DNA of 31,508 nt from Fonticula alba ATCC 38817 (lineage: Eukaryota; Protista; Nucleariida): assembly GCA_000388065.2 (NCBI GenBank), contig KB932208.1. One strand, given 5' to 3'. The notes below the pieces were generated by a model. The model did no database searches. It had not been told where the DNA came from and was given only the letters and a program-made list of their open reading frames with translations. Both the position numbers and the translations under genes were made by a program. Positions 1 through 11,647 of this stretch are shown here, one piece after another. Within the stretch, counting starts at the first letter, position 1; each line of letters begins with the position of its first letter.

Positions 1-4
1 CCAC

Positions 5-3000
5 ATGCCGGCGGTCGCCCTTAGCGGCTCCGGGGACCCCCCCGCCGGCGGCGCCCCCGGCCGTCCGGGGACCGCCTCCCTGGCGGTACGCTACGTGGAG
101 AAGGTCCTCGGTGTGAATACCGCGGCGCCCATCGACTTCGCCGCGGCGCTGGCCTCCTCGGCCAGCTCCTCCGGGCCCTCCTTCCTCCGGCGCCGGCAAA
201 AGAGCGAGGACATCCGCCAGAAGGCGGTCAACATCCTGTTCATGCACAACCAGCACGCGCTGGCGGCCCTGCTGCAGCACGCGTCCACCGTGTCGGCTGA
301 CGCGCCGGCCGTGGCGGCCTCCGTGCACGTCCTCCTGCGCGACCCCAGCGCCACGGAGGAGCTGCTCCGGCGCCTGCTCGGCCGGCGCATCTCCTCGGCC
401 ATCACCGAGGCCACCGCCCGGCGGGCCTTGCACTCGGCCGAGAGCGCCTGCTCCCGGCGCGAGCAGGCCTCCGACGACTCCGATGACGGGTCCCCGGATG
501 CGCACCAGCCCTCCTCCTCGCCGACCGGGCCCGATGCCGCTGCCTTCGATGATGGCCTTGCCACGGATCTCGTCAACACCCTGCGTGACAACAGCCTCAC
601 CATCCTGCTGCTGATCGCCTATGCCCAGGTCGAGGGGGCCGACTTCCTGGAGGCCACCCTCGGTGACATTGTTCGCGAGGTCATCGCCATGGTATGTGTC
701 CGGTTTGTGTGTGTATGTGTGTGAATATGTGTGAGTGTCGATGCACCGATGTACCGATGCACCGATGTACCGATGTACCGATGTGCATGGATGTCTTTGC
801 ATGTATTTACGTGCATGTGTGCATGTGTATGCCGATACGGCCCAACCCGCTCCCCCTCCTTCGTGGCCCCTCTTGGCAGACGACTCACATGTGGATTACC
901 CCTCCCCCCCCCCCCCCACACACACACACACACACCCACCCTGATAGGACGACCATCCCAGCGCCCTGCCCAATAAGGAGGCCGACCCGGCCCGCCGGGC
1001 GCACGCCCTCCAACTCGCGGCCGACATCAGCGAGCGCCTGCTGGCCAGCATCTTCCGGCACTCGCTGCCCAACGGTTCGTGGGCATGCTGCCTGCCACTG
1101 CGTCGCATGGGCACCTTCATCCGCATGGCCGTCGCCTCGGCCGCCTCCGAGAGCCTCATCCGCATCCCGGAGCCGGAGGTGGCCCTGGACCGGCTACAGG
1201 CCGCCTCCAGTCGGCCCTCCCCGGAGCCGGAAGACCGCATCACCCTGCCGGAGGATGATGCCACATCCCCGGGCGGCCCCGGGCCCGGGGCCGCCTCCCC
1301 TCCGCCGCTGCAGCCCATGTCCACCAGCATGCGCGTCATCGGGGCCTTCCTCTTCCTGCGCTTCCTCCTGCCGGCCGTGTCGAATCCCGACCGCTTCGGC
1401 CTGGTCCCGGCCCTGGACCTGGACCACCCGGCTCGCGGGACCCTGCTCCTGGTGACCAAGGTCCTGACCAACCTCTGCAATGGCACCCCCATTCGGGATG
1501 CCGCCACCCGGCCCCTCAACCGGGTGCTCTTCCGCCGCCAGGCCGATCTCTGCGCCTGGCTGGACTTCATGAGCACCTTCCCCGGGACCGGGGGGACCTC
1601 TCCGCGGGGGGCCAGCCCCCCGGTGGCCGGACCCAGCGTCCCCCCGCCGGCCGGGCTCCGGCTCTCGGCGTGCCACCTCTTCGGCGACCGCCAATACTCG
1701 GCCACCGTCATCAATCTGGCCGTCGACAAGCTGTGCGACTTTGTCCGGATCAGCTCCAGCCGCATCCGCGCCCAGGTCGAGACCACCGACCATCACCATG
1801 CCATTCGCCGGCAAATCCAGAAGCTCATCCCCCCGGTGCCGGCGGCCACCACGCCCACCGCCACCGCCACCGCCACCGCCACCTCCAGTGCCGGCGCCGG
1901 CACCAGTGCCACCACCCCAACCACCGGCACCGGTGCCACCACCACCACAGCCACCGGCACTGGTGGCACCGCCGCCGGCGGCGATGGGGTCTCCGCCTCC
2001 GAGCCGGCCGGCGGTGCCAGCCAGGCGACTCTGCCGGCGGCCGCCGCCTCCGACGAGGCCATCGAGCAGCGCCGGGCCCTCCGGCTGGAGGTCCTGGCCC
2101 GGGCCCATGCGGCCGATCGCCGGGTCCATTCGATCCGCGGCATGTCCGGCTCCGATGGGGCCACCCTCCACGGGGACCAGGTCATCCTGGACCAGGAGGT
2201 GGCCAGCAAATTCCGCGAGCTCCTCAAAGTCCTGGACACCGAGAAGACCGAAACCCGTGACGAGCGCAAGGCCGCCCGCAGCATGGCCCGCGAGCACCGC
2301 CGGGCCGAGCGCAATCTCCGCCGCATTGGCCGGTCGCTGGCCGACTCGACCGATGATGTGTCCTCCGGCTCCGGCTCCTTGGCAGGCGGCGACTCGGGCA
2401 AGCACGGCCACCCGGCCGGCGGGGCCGGCGGCGGCGGCGGCTCGGACGCCGGCGATGCGGCCCCCGGGGTGGTGGCCACCTCCGACGGCGGCGGCGGCAG
2501 CAGCAGCAGCAGTACCTCCTTCTGGCCCTTCTCCAGTGCCAGCTCCTCCTCGTCCTTCGTTTCGTCCTCCTCCTCTTCGTCCATGGTGCAGTCCTCCTTC
2601 CTGTCCATCTCCTCGCCCTCCCTGCGGCCGAGTGCCATCCGCACGTCCACCTANNNNNNNNNNNNNNNNNNNNNNNNNNNNNNNNNCTTGTAATCCCCGG
2701 GGTGGTGGCCACCTCCGACGGCGGCGGCGGCAGCAGCAGCAGCAGGACCTCCTTCTGGCCCTTCTCCAGTGCCAGCTCCTCCTCGTCCTTCGTTTCGTCC
2801 TCCTCCTCTTCGTCCATGGTGCAGTCCTCCTTCCTGTCCATCTCCTCGCCCTCCCTGCGGCCGAGTGCCATCCGCACGTCCACCTCGGTGGGCAACTTGT
2901 CCGACGTGGCGGCCGAGGCCGGCCCCACATCGGCCCCGCCGCCCGCCTCCGGACGGCCCGCCCCCGGGCCCGCCTCCTCGATGTGCTCCTGCTCCCTGGG

Positions 3001-6000
3001 CGAGGTGCGCGCCCCGTGCCAGGGCTGCACCGGCGGCGGCAGCAGCAGCATTGGCACCCCCTCCAAGTCGCCGGGCACCACCGCCGGCAGCGGCAGCGGC
3101 AAGCCGGCCGCCACGTCGCGCTTTTTGCCGATGTTCTTCCAGAACACCGCCAGCAGCCAGGCCACCGGGCTCGCGTCGCCCAGCACCAGCACCGGCACCG
3201 GCACCGGCACCGGCGGCCCGACCGCCGGCCATGGGGACATCCCGGCCGCCGGGGCCATCAAGAAGAGCCGCTCAACCGGGGCCATTGCCGACCACCTGGC
3301 CGAGCCGGCCCCCACCATGTCCCCGGCTCAGCAGCAGCGCCTGGCGCAAAATGCCCGGGCCCTGCGCGCCGACACCCATGCCCCTCTGGACGGGTCGAGC
3401 GCCGCCGGGGCCGGGCTCCCGCCGGTTCCCCCTTCCCCCTCGGCCTCGCGCTTCCTGCCCGGCGGCGCGCGCTTCCCCCGGCTCGGGGCCGCCTCGTCCA
3501 CCGGCGGGACCATCCGTCGGTCGACCTCCTCGCAGCTTGGCCTCTCGGCCATGGACATCCAGGAGGCCTCCCTGTCGTTGACCCGTGCCGGGGCCGATGG
3601 CGTGGTTCGTCTGTCGCCGCTGCTGTCGCCGGCCGACGTGCCGGCCGGTGCCCGGTCCGACATGTACCTGGCCCCGCTGCCCACCTCCCCGGCGGATGTG
3701 GGGTCGGCTGCCGGGGCCGGCGGGCGCCCGCCCGGCCGGCTGTCCACCTCGGTCTCGCTGCAGGCCCACTCCATCAGCGACATGCTGCACGCGGAGATCT
3801 CGGCCCAGCGTGCGGCGGCCCTGCAGCAGCGGGCTCAGCAGCGCGCCGCCCGCCGCCGGCTTCCCTCCTCCCAGTCGCTCCTGTCGTCGGGGGTGTCCGA
3901 TTCGGACAGCGGCTTCTCCGACCTGTCGGACTTCTCCGACGAGGGGGAGGAGGAGGGGGAGGAGGAGGAGGGGGGGGAGCAGGACCACCACCATCTGGCC
4001 GGTGGCCCCCGGGGCGGTCGGTCTGCCAGCCGCACGGCCGGCCCCGGTGGCCGGTCTCTGGCCGAGCGCCGCGTGGCCGGGGCCCGGCTCCCGCGCGTGG
4101 CCACCGGCGGCGCGCACTTCACCTCCGACTCCAGCTGCCTGTCCTCCTCGGCTTCCAGCTCGTCCTACTCCTCGGATGACAGCGGCAGCGACACCGACAG
4201 CGGCAGCGACACCGACGATGGCGGCCCTCGCCACCGCAGGCGCCCGGCCGCGGCCCCGGCCGCGGCCCCGGCCACTGGCCCCGGCACGGCGGCAGCCCCG
4301 GCCGCCGGGCCCCTTCCCGGCTCCTTCACCCAGATCCTGTCGCCCGACACGCCGGGGGCCTCCACCACCGGGCCCGGGGGCTCCTCCTCCGGGGCCTTCA
4401 GCCCCCCGTCGGCGGTGGAGTGTGGCTCCGACTCGGACACCGGGTTCCTGCTGGTCGGGGTGCCGGCCTCGCCGGCCGCCGCCACGGCCCCGTCGTCGGT
4501 CACCCCGCGGACGCGGCTCTTCCGGCGCCAGTCCTCGGCCGGGCCGCCGTCGGCCACCGGCGACGCCCCCTCCGGCGACTCGTCCTCCTCCTCCTCGTCC
4601 TCCTCCTCCTCCTCCTCCACTCCATCGCGGCTCCTGCGCCGGTCGACCATGATGCTCAAGGGGATCTCCTTCGGGGCGGTGGGCGCCGGCGGGGCCGGCA
4701 GTGAGTCGGCCGCGGGCTCCGGCTCGGCCGGGTCCGTGGGGGGAGCCGGGTCGCCAGGCGGGTCGCTGGCCGCCGGCACCGGCCCCGGTGCGGCCATGAC
4801 CATCGACGGCCCGGTGCTCACCTCCTCCACGGCCTCATTGAGTGTCTACCAGTCGCTGATGACGGCCGGGCCGCACCAGGACACGAGCTCCTCCTCGGCC
4901 ACGGCCACGGCCACGGCCACGGCCGCCGCCGGGCTGCCGGTATCCGCCTCGTGCCACTCCCTGTCGGCCATCGATGGGGGCGGTGTCCCGAGCACCGGCG
5001 GCGGCGGAGGCGGTGGGAGCGGCGCCGCTGGCGGGTCCCCCTCGCACCTCCCCTCGCCGTTGGGCGGGGCCACCGGCGCTGGCGCTGGTGGCACTCTCCG
5101 TTCGCGGCGCTCCTCCACCGGGGGCCTGATCGGGGTCTTCCCGTGGGCGTCGGCCTCGGCCTCGCCCTCGGCGGGCTCCTCCTCGCTGGGGCCCGGGCCG
5201 GAGGGTGATGCCGATCGGCTGGGCTCCCCGCCCTCGGCCGGGGCCGGCCCCAGCCCCGGTGGCATCCCCTCCTCCGGGCCCCTGCTGGCGCAGCTTCACA
5301 CCCCGGCGACCGGGCGTGGTCATGCTCACGGCCACGGCCACGGCCACGGCCACGGCCACGGCCACGGCCACGGCGGCGCCGAGGGCGGCGACGGGTCTTT
5401 CCCTGGCCCGGGCCAGCACTCGGGCTCCATGACGGATGTCAGCTCGGCGGGTCCGGCCACGCCGGCCACGCCGGCCACGCCGACCGCCGGGGGCACGGGC
5501 TTTTCCTCGTCCTCCTCGTCCTCCTCGTCTTCGCTGGCCACCGGCGGCGGCGGCGGGGCCCGCTGGGTCAGCAATGTCACGCCGTACCTCAATGCGGCTG
5601 GGCTCCTCTTCCGGGGGAACCCCATCGACCCGCACACGCTGCCGCTCTTTGTGGAGCCGGTGTTCAATGCCATCTGGGAGTACCTGGTCCGGGGGCTGGT
5701 GGGCTTCCTGCTGGACAGCCGCCGGCCCTTCCCCCTGACGGTGGAGGTGGCCGACGTGCAGACGGTCCTCGGCCGGCGCCTGGTGCCGGAGCTCCATGCG
5801 GATGCCTTTGCCCCGGCGGCCGGCGGCTTTTCCGGGGCCATCTTCGCCGAGGCCGCCATCGCCGAGGACTTCGACCGGCTGGTGGCCACCGTCCACGAGA
5901 TCCGCGGGTACTGCGGGATCTTGCGCGTGTTCTGGGCCCCCGGGGCCCTGGCCGCCCTGACCCAGGTGGCCAATGCGCTGGTCGACGTACGTACATTTTC

Positions 6001-6026
6001 TCTCTTCCCCTCCCCCCTGGGGCAGT

Positions 6027-6062
<36 letters not shown>

Positions 6063-7361
6063 TCTCTGGCCTCCTCGTGCCGCCTTCGTCCCTCCCTCGC
6101 TGCACTTGCGGCTGCTCCTGCCACCGTGCCCGCCCTCGCGCCAGCTGACCCNNNNNNNNNNNNNNNNNNNNNNNNNNNNNNNNNNNNNNNNNNNNNNNNN
6201 NNNNNNNNNNNNNNNNNNNNNNNNNNNNNNNNNNNNNNNNNNNNNNNNNNNNNNNNNNNNNNNNNNNGCATCTTCCTCCAGTCGAACAAGATCCTTCGCC
6301 AGTCCAAGCACCCCCGACACACGGTGGCCGAGGTGACCGGCGGCTTCTTCAACCACCTGGGCCTGTCGATGCAGCTCATTCGCGTGCAGGATCACGCCCT
6401 GGCTGGGCACTCCATGTTCGCCGCGCCGCTGGGAGCCGGCATCGGAGACATGATCGAGGTCACTCGGCGGACACTGGCCTCGGACGGGCCGTCGCCCGGG
6501 CCGTCGCCCGGCGGCTGGGCCGCCGGGTCTGCCGGCTCCCCGGCCAGCGCCGGGCCCACCCCCGACGAGGTGACCGTCGCCCCGGCCCCGGCCAAGAAGC
6601 GCGGCGTCACGCGCTTCGTGGCCAACCTCCGCGGCGGCAGCAGCAGCAGCAGCAGCAGCAACACCAACCTCGCTGGGTCCTCCTCGTCCTCCTCCTCCTC
6701 CTCGGCGGCCACTCCCGCTTCGGCCGGCGCGTCGCCCGCCGGCGGGGTGGCCCTCTCGCCGCCGCCGTTCTCCTCGTCGGCCGCCGGTGCCGGGTCCAAG
6801 GGCGGCCCCCTGCCACCCTCCAGTTCCATGCCCTCCTTCAGTATGTTCCACTCGCGGAGTGGCAGCCGTGGCGACATGGGCGCCAGCGCCGGGGCCACAG
6901 CCACCGCGGGCGGCCGTGCCATCGGCGGCGATGACCCCGGCGCAGCCGGCCCCACCATCATCCTCACCGCCGGGTCCGGCTCGTCGGGCGCCGGTGCCGG
7001 GCTTTCGCTCGGCTCCGCGTCGTCCCTCTCCTCGCCGGATCTCAGCTCGCTGGCCATCGGCTCGGCCTCCTCCTCGGCCTCTTCCTCGCCCTACAGCGGT
7101 CTGACCGCCGGCGGCGATGTGTCCACTCCGCTGACCCCCTCGGCGCCGTTCTCCCCCCCGGGGCCCGGGGCGGCCGCGCCGTCCCCCTCCTTCCTGCCGC
7201 AGCGGCGCATGTCCGGAGGCCGGCCGCTGGACTTTGACCGTGGCACCTGCATGGGTCCCTTCGAGAACCCGGACTACCTGGTCAAGTACCACTCCGGCGC
7301 CATCGCCGCCTCGACCGCCAAGCCGACCAAGTCCCGCCGTGGCCTGCCCTTCGGTTTGTGA
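5..7361 (+). CDS. Large RasGAP-domain protein (~2200 aa in window, probably 5'-partial). Exons 5-691, 948-5986 (after removing the false duplication 2653-2885), and from within the gap/~6268 to 7361
   Basis: Arginine-finger-like TLRDNSL (Arg codon 584-586) followed by LLIAYAQVEGADFLEATLGDIVREVI. Signature GAFLFLRFLLPAVSNPDRFGL and RGTLLLVTKVLTNLCNG at ~1340-1485. Intron 692-947 (GTATGT...TGATAG) joins the frames in phase 0. Donor GTACGT at 5987; branch-like CTGAC just before the gap at 6152. Stop TGA 7359-7361. The rest is Ser/Gly/Ala/Pro low complexity plus one helical-looking segment at ~5560-6480. Confidence 0.85.
739..786. repeat. Intronic 8-bp tandem repeat (CGATGYAC)x~6
   Basis: cgatgcac cgatgtac cgatgcac cgatgtac cgatgtac cgatgtgc, read directly inside intron 692-947. 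Confidence 0.85.
2462..2885. other. False tandem duplication (191 bp x2) across the scaffold gap 2654-2686
   Basis: 2462-2652 is repeated at 2695-2885 (offset 233) with one mismatch (AGTACC vs AGGACC). Removing one copy joins the ORFs starting at 1107 and 2702 in frame. Confidence 0.85.
6152..6267. other. Assembly gap (116 N) hiding an intron acceptor and possibly some coding sequence of the RasGAP gene
   Basis: N run. The upstream intron opens at 5987, and coding-like IFLQSNKIL resumes at 6270. Confidence 0.8.
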
Positions 7362-8810
7362 GAGGTGTCCCCTCCCGCTCTTTTCCTCCCCCCCTTGTTC
7401 CTTGTGTTGTTGTTGTCGTTGTCGCTGGGCAACCTCTCTCCTCCTCCTCCTCCCCCCCCCCGCCTCCCGCCCACGAGCGGAAATGCGTTGGCGTCGCGCG
7501 CATATACTCCCCCCATACGCGCGCACCCACGCTCCTCCCCTCTTGTCAGTCAGGGCGGCGGTATGAATACATTTGTCCCCCGCCCCCCTCCCTGTCAAAA
7601 AATAAGAAAGAAAAAAAAGGAACCGAAAAGAAGCCAGGGTGTTGCTGGTGTTTCTTGTTTTTGTTTATTTTCCGCCCCCCGCCCCAGCCCCAGGGGAGTC
7701 GCTTGGGGGAAATGAAGAATCCGAAGCCCCGGCCAGGGCGTGTGGTCGGTCCGGGCACAAGGACCCCCCAGGGCGCAATTCACCGTGGCTCGCGCACGGG
7801 CAACCGTTTCCCGCCACGCCCCCCCCCCCCCGTCCGCCGGGTGAGAACGCGCATGCCGGGCAGCCTGTGTCCGGGCGCTGCCGGCCCCCAAGCCCCGCGG
7901 CCGGTCTCGAGTGACAGAACGGGCACCAGACCCGGACATCACGCCCACGTGAGATGGTCCCGAACACCCGCAGCCCCGCTGGTGCCCATTCTCATGCAGG
8001 CAGATCGCCACCACCAATGGCGCCTGTTAGCCCCAGAAAGAGGCACGCGCGGCAAGAGCCAGGTAAATAGCTACTGACCCTCGATAGCCGTCCCTGGGGA
8101 GCGCTTTCAAGGGAGGGTTTAACCAGACCCGCGAGAATCTCAATTCTCAAGAGGGAGGTTTGAATGCACGAAAGGGCCGCCCTCCCGGTCTCGAGGTGCC
8201 GTCTGTCCTGGCTATTCCTGCGTCCCCCACCGCCAACGTGAGTGGAGTTCCCCGGACCACGGCCGCAGGGGGGGGGGGGCGGGGCGTGGCGCGCGGGCAC
8301 GCGTTCCCCTCTCCTCCCTCCCCGCCCTCGCGCACCTGGGGGTCGCGAGCCGGGCGCGTCCGGCTCGAGAATCCGGCCAGATCCGACGCGGGACCGTCTC
8401 TCGGGCTTTTTTCTGGCGCTGCCCCGCCCTGCCCCGGGCGGCCGGTCGGGGCCCGCATATCGCCCCTTCCGCCCACGCAGCTCTCCTCCCCTCTCTCTCT
8501 CTCTCTGTCTCCGTAGCCCCCCCCCCCCTCCCTCTCTCTCTCCCTCCAATCCGCCTCCCCCTCCCCTTCCTCCTCCTTGGTTCCCTCCCTCCGCTGTGCG
8601 CCCCTCCCCCTGCTCCTCCCTCCCGTCCCCCTCGCCCCTATCCCCTCCTGGCGCGCCCCTCCCCAGTCAATAATTGAACTCGGCGCCTCTCGATGGCAGC
8701 ACCCCCCGCCCTCCCCTTCCCACGCTTGCCGCTCGCTCAGCACCGTGCGTGCTCTAACACCGCGCGCCCTATCGCCCCCTTCTCTGCCCCGCCCCCCGCC
8801 CCCGCCCCCG

Positions 8811-11647
8811 ATGCACTGGGAAGAGGTCCGAGGAAAAGCGCCTGCCTCCGCCAGCCCGCCTCCCCTTGCCATGGATGGGTGGGGGCCAGTATCCAATGTC
8901 CCAACCCGTTTCTCAGTCGGGGCTGACAATCCGCCGGCGGTCATCGGCAGCTTCGATGACTTTGGTGACGATGCCGCCGACTTCGGGGGCCAGCTGACCG
9001 GGGATGTCTTTCCTTCGCCCTCCTCCTCCTCGGTGTCGTCGGTCCTGTCGCCGGATCTCGCCGGTCTGAGATCGTCTGTCGGGCCCGATGACGATTTCGC
9101 CGGCCACGATGAGGACGAGTGGACCATCTCGCCGGCTTTGGCCGAGGCCCTCGATCTTCAGGACCAAATCACTCCCGCCTCGTCGGCGCCCCGGTCATCT
9201 GACAGCAAGGTGCGTGCTGTCCGCTGTCCGCTGTCCGCCGTGTGCTGTCCGCTGTCCGCTGTCCGCTGTCCGCTGTCCGCTGTCCGCTGTCCGCTGTCCG
9301 CTGTCCGNNNNNNNNNNNNNNNNNNNNNNNNNNNNNNNNNNNNNNNNNNNNNNNNNNNNNNNNNNNNNNNNNNNNNNNNNNNNNNNNNNNNNNNNNNNNN
9401 NNNNNNNNNNNNNNNNNNNNNNNNNNNNNNNNNNNNNNNNNNNNNNNNNNNNNNNNNNNNNNNNNNNNNNNNNNNNNNNNNNNNNNNNNNNNNNNNNNNN
9501 NNNNNNNNNNNNNNNNNNNNNNGCTGTCCGCTGTCCGCTGTCCGCTGTCCGCTGTCCGCTGTCCGCTGTCCGCTGTCCGCTGTCCGTCAGGAGTCTTAGG
9601 GCTGGGCATGCGTATGCACACGCCTGACTTCTCCTGCTCCTCCCGCCCCTTCGATCTCTGACGTCTTACTGGTTTTGTTGGCCGGAAACACAGCCCGGCT
9701 CCTCACCCTCTTCATCGCAGGCGTCCTCCCCCCTGCTGACGACGAGGTCCACCACGCCACCCAAGGCCGATGCCCTCAACGCATCTCTCAAGAAGGATGG
9801 CCCTCTGCCGGCTGATGCGCCCCCCGCCACTGGAATGCCGCCGGCGCCGTCATCCGGCTCATCGACCTCAAGGCCCACGGCGGGACCCGTCGATGTGCAT
9901 ACGGGCCTCCCTCGTGGCCGTGCCGGTGCCACTCCGAATGCCGCGTCCCTGGCCGCACGGCCGGGCATCGGCAAGCGGCGCCTTTCGCTGGTCGGCGACG
10001 AGGCCAAGGAGGACACACGCTCAGTTCGGTCACGCTCCTCGGCCTCCCTGGCCGCCGGGGCCGGGGCCTCCCCGCCGAGTCCGACTGGTTCGCCGACAGC
10101 TCGATCGGCAGCGACCTATCCACCATGTCCATGGCCGTGCGTTTGCAGATGTTCCCTCCTCCACGCCTCGGCCGACCGCTGTCACGCTTCTCCCACGGCC
10201 GCACCGCCTCCGCCCTCGTCTCACCTCGTGCGACTGGTCCCTTTCCCTCCGCCCCCCGCCCCCCCCGGCGCGCCCTCGCCATGGCTCCAGGAACTGGTTG
10301 AGTCTTCGAAGCACGTGAAAAAGGCCCCATCCTCCAGCAGCAAGGGCGGCCAGGCCCGCCAACGCAATGCCAATCGCCCGCCCCCCGAGCCGAAGCCCTT
10401 CATTCCGCGAGTGGTGTGCAAGTACTTCATGGAGGGCAAGTGCGGCCGCGGGACCGAGTGCACTTTCTCCCACAATGCCATCCCCGACAAGCCGATGGAC
10501 ACCTGCCGGTACTTCCTGTCTGGCAGCTGCAAGCGTGGCGACAACTGCGTCTTCTCCCATGGTTCGTGCTTCCCGCGTTGGCGGCGCATCGCCTATGCCT
10601 CTCGCTTTGGCCGCCCCCTTCCTCTCGCGCCTTCCGTAGTGCCCCCCCCCCCCCCTCCCCCCGTCCTCACGGGTGTCCCTATACTCACACACCAGCACTC
10701 CAACCGTGATAGATCTCAAGTCCATCAGCTGCCGGTTCTACTTCAGCAACAACATCTGCCACATGGGCCACAACTGCCGGTTTTCCCACACCATTCCACC
10801 CGGGTCGTCGGATGGCGATGTGTCGGCCTCCTCCTCGCCGCTGCTGATCCCCGGGCTGACCCCCTCACCGGAGCTGGTGGCTCACCAGCTGGATGTCATG
10901 CTTGGCCCGGTCGGCCGGCCAGGCCATGGTGGCGGTCCCCTGCCGCCTGTCCCCCCGCCGGGGATCTCCCCTTCGCCCTCCTGTCCGAGTCTCCCTCCCG
11001 GAGCCGGTCTGCCCTCCTCCGGCGGGTCGCTGCTGCACTCGTCCTCTTCGCCGGGGCTCCTGTCACCGCACTCCTCCTCGCCCTTGTCCCCGGCGCTGAT
11101 CGACTTGCCGGCCGTTGGTGGGGTTGCCCGGCCTGGCGGGCCGCCGCCGCCGCCGCCGCCAGTGCACTTCCACCCTCGCATTGGGGCTCCCCGGGGTGCC
11201 GGCTCTGGCGCCGGCCCGAGCCCCCTCCTGCCGCCCACTTCTTCGCCATCCTCCTCACCCTTGCTCCCCTCGGTGGCCATGAATGCTGCCGGGGGCCTCC
11301 CGCACCTGCCTCCCCCGCCGGCGCATCTCCAGCAGCCGGGCTTCCATGGGCCCCCTCCGCCACACCATCCACCGCAGCCCTTCCATCCCCACCACCAGCA
11401 TCATCCCCACCGCCATCCCCATCACCAGCATCACCATCACCACTCTCGGCACCCGGCCAACGCCGGCCCGGACTTCCACCCTCCCCACCACCTGCGAGGA
11501 GATACCCGGCCAACGTCGTTCTCGCACCATCGGCCGCCTCCGCCGCCCGGGCTGCCGGCCGCCTCGGCGCCACCACACTTTCGTCCGGCCGCCGGGCGCC
11601 CGCCGCCGGTGGCCGGCCCCAGCGGCCCCCCGCCCTCCCGGGCATAG
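8811..11647 (+). CDS. Triple CCCH zinc-finger protein, ZC3H4/ZC3H6/ZC3H8-like, with a Pro/His-rich C-terminus. Exons ~8811-9209, 9694(or 9721)-~10136, 10291-10561, 10713-11647
   Basis: CKYFMEGKCGRGTECTFSH and CRYFLSGSCKRGDNCVFSH (C-x7-C-x5-C-x3-H), then CRFYFSNNICHMGHNCRFSH (C-x8-C-x5-C-x3-H). Phase-1 intron 10562-10712 restores FSH-D-LKSISC. Donor GTGCGT at 9210. Stop TAG 11645-11647. The structure at 10050-10290 is ambiguous. Confidence 0.85.
9216..9586. repeat. Intronic 7-bp tandem repeat (GCTGTCC)n spanning the gap 9308-9522
   Basis: Near-perfect GCTGTCC units on both sides of a 215-N gap, starting just after the donor at 9210. Confidence 0.95.

Noticed and set aside
1194-7598. Very long antisense and alternative-frame ORFs (e.g. 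1194-2930 -, 1741-4179 +, 5664-7598 -, 28957-30468 +)
   Set aside because: Expected shadows of GC-rich low-complexity coding sequence with few stop codons. They give Arg/Pro/Gly-rich translations with no family motifs.
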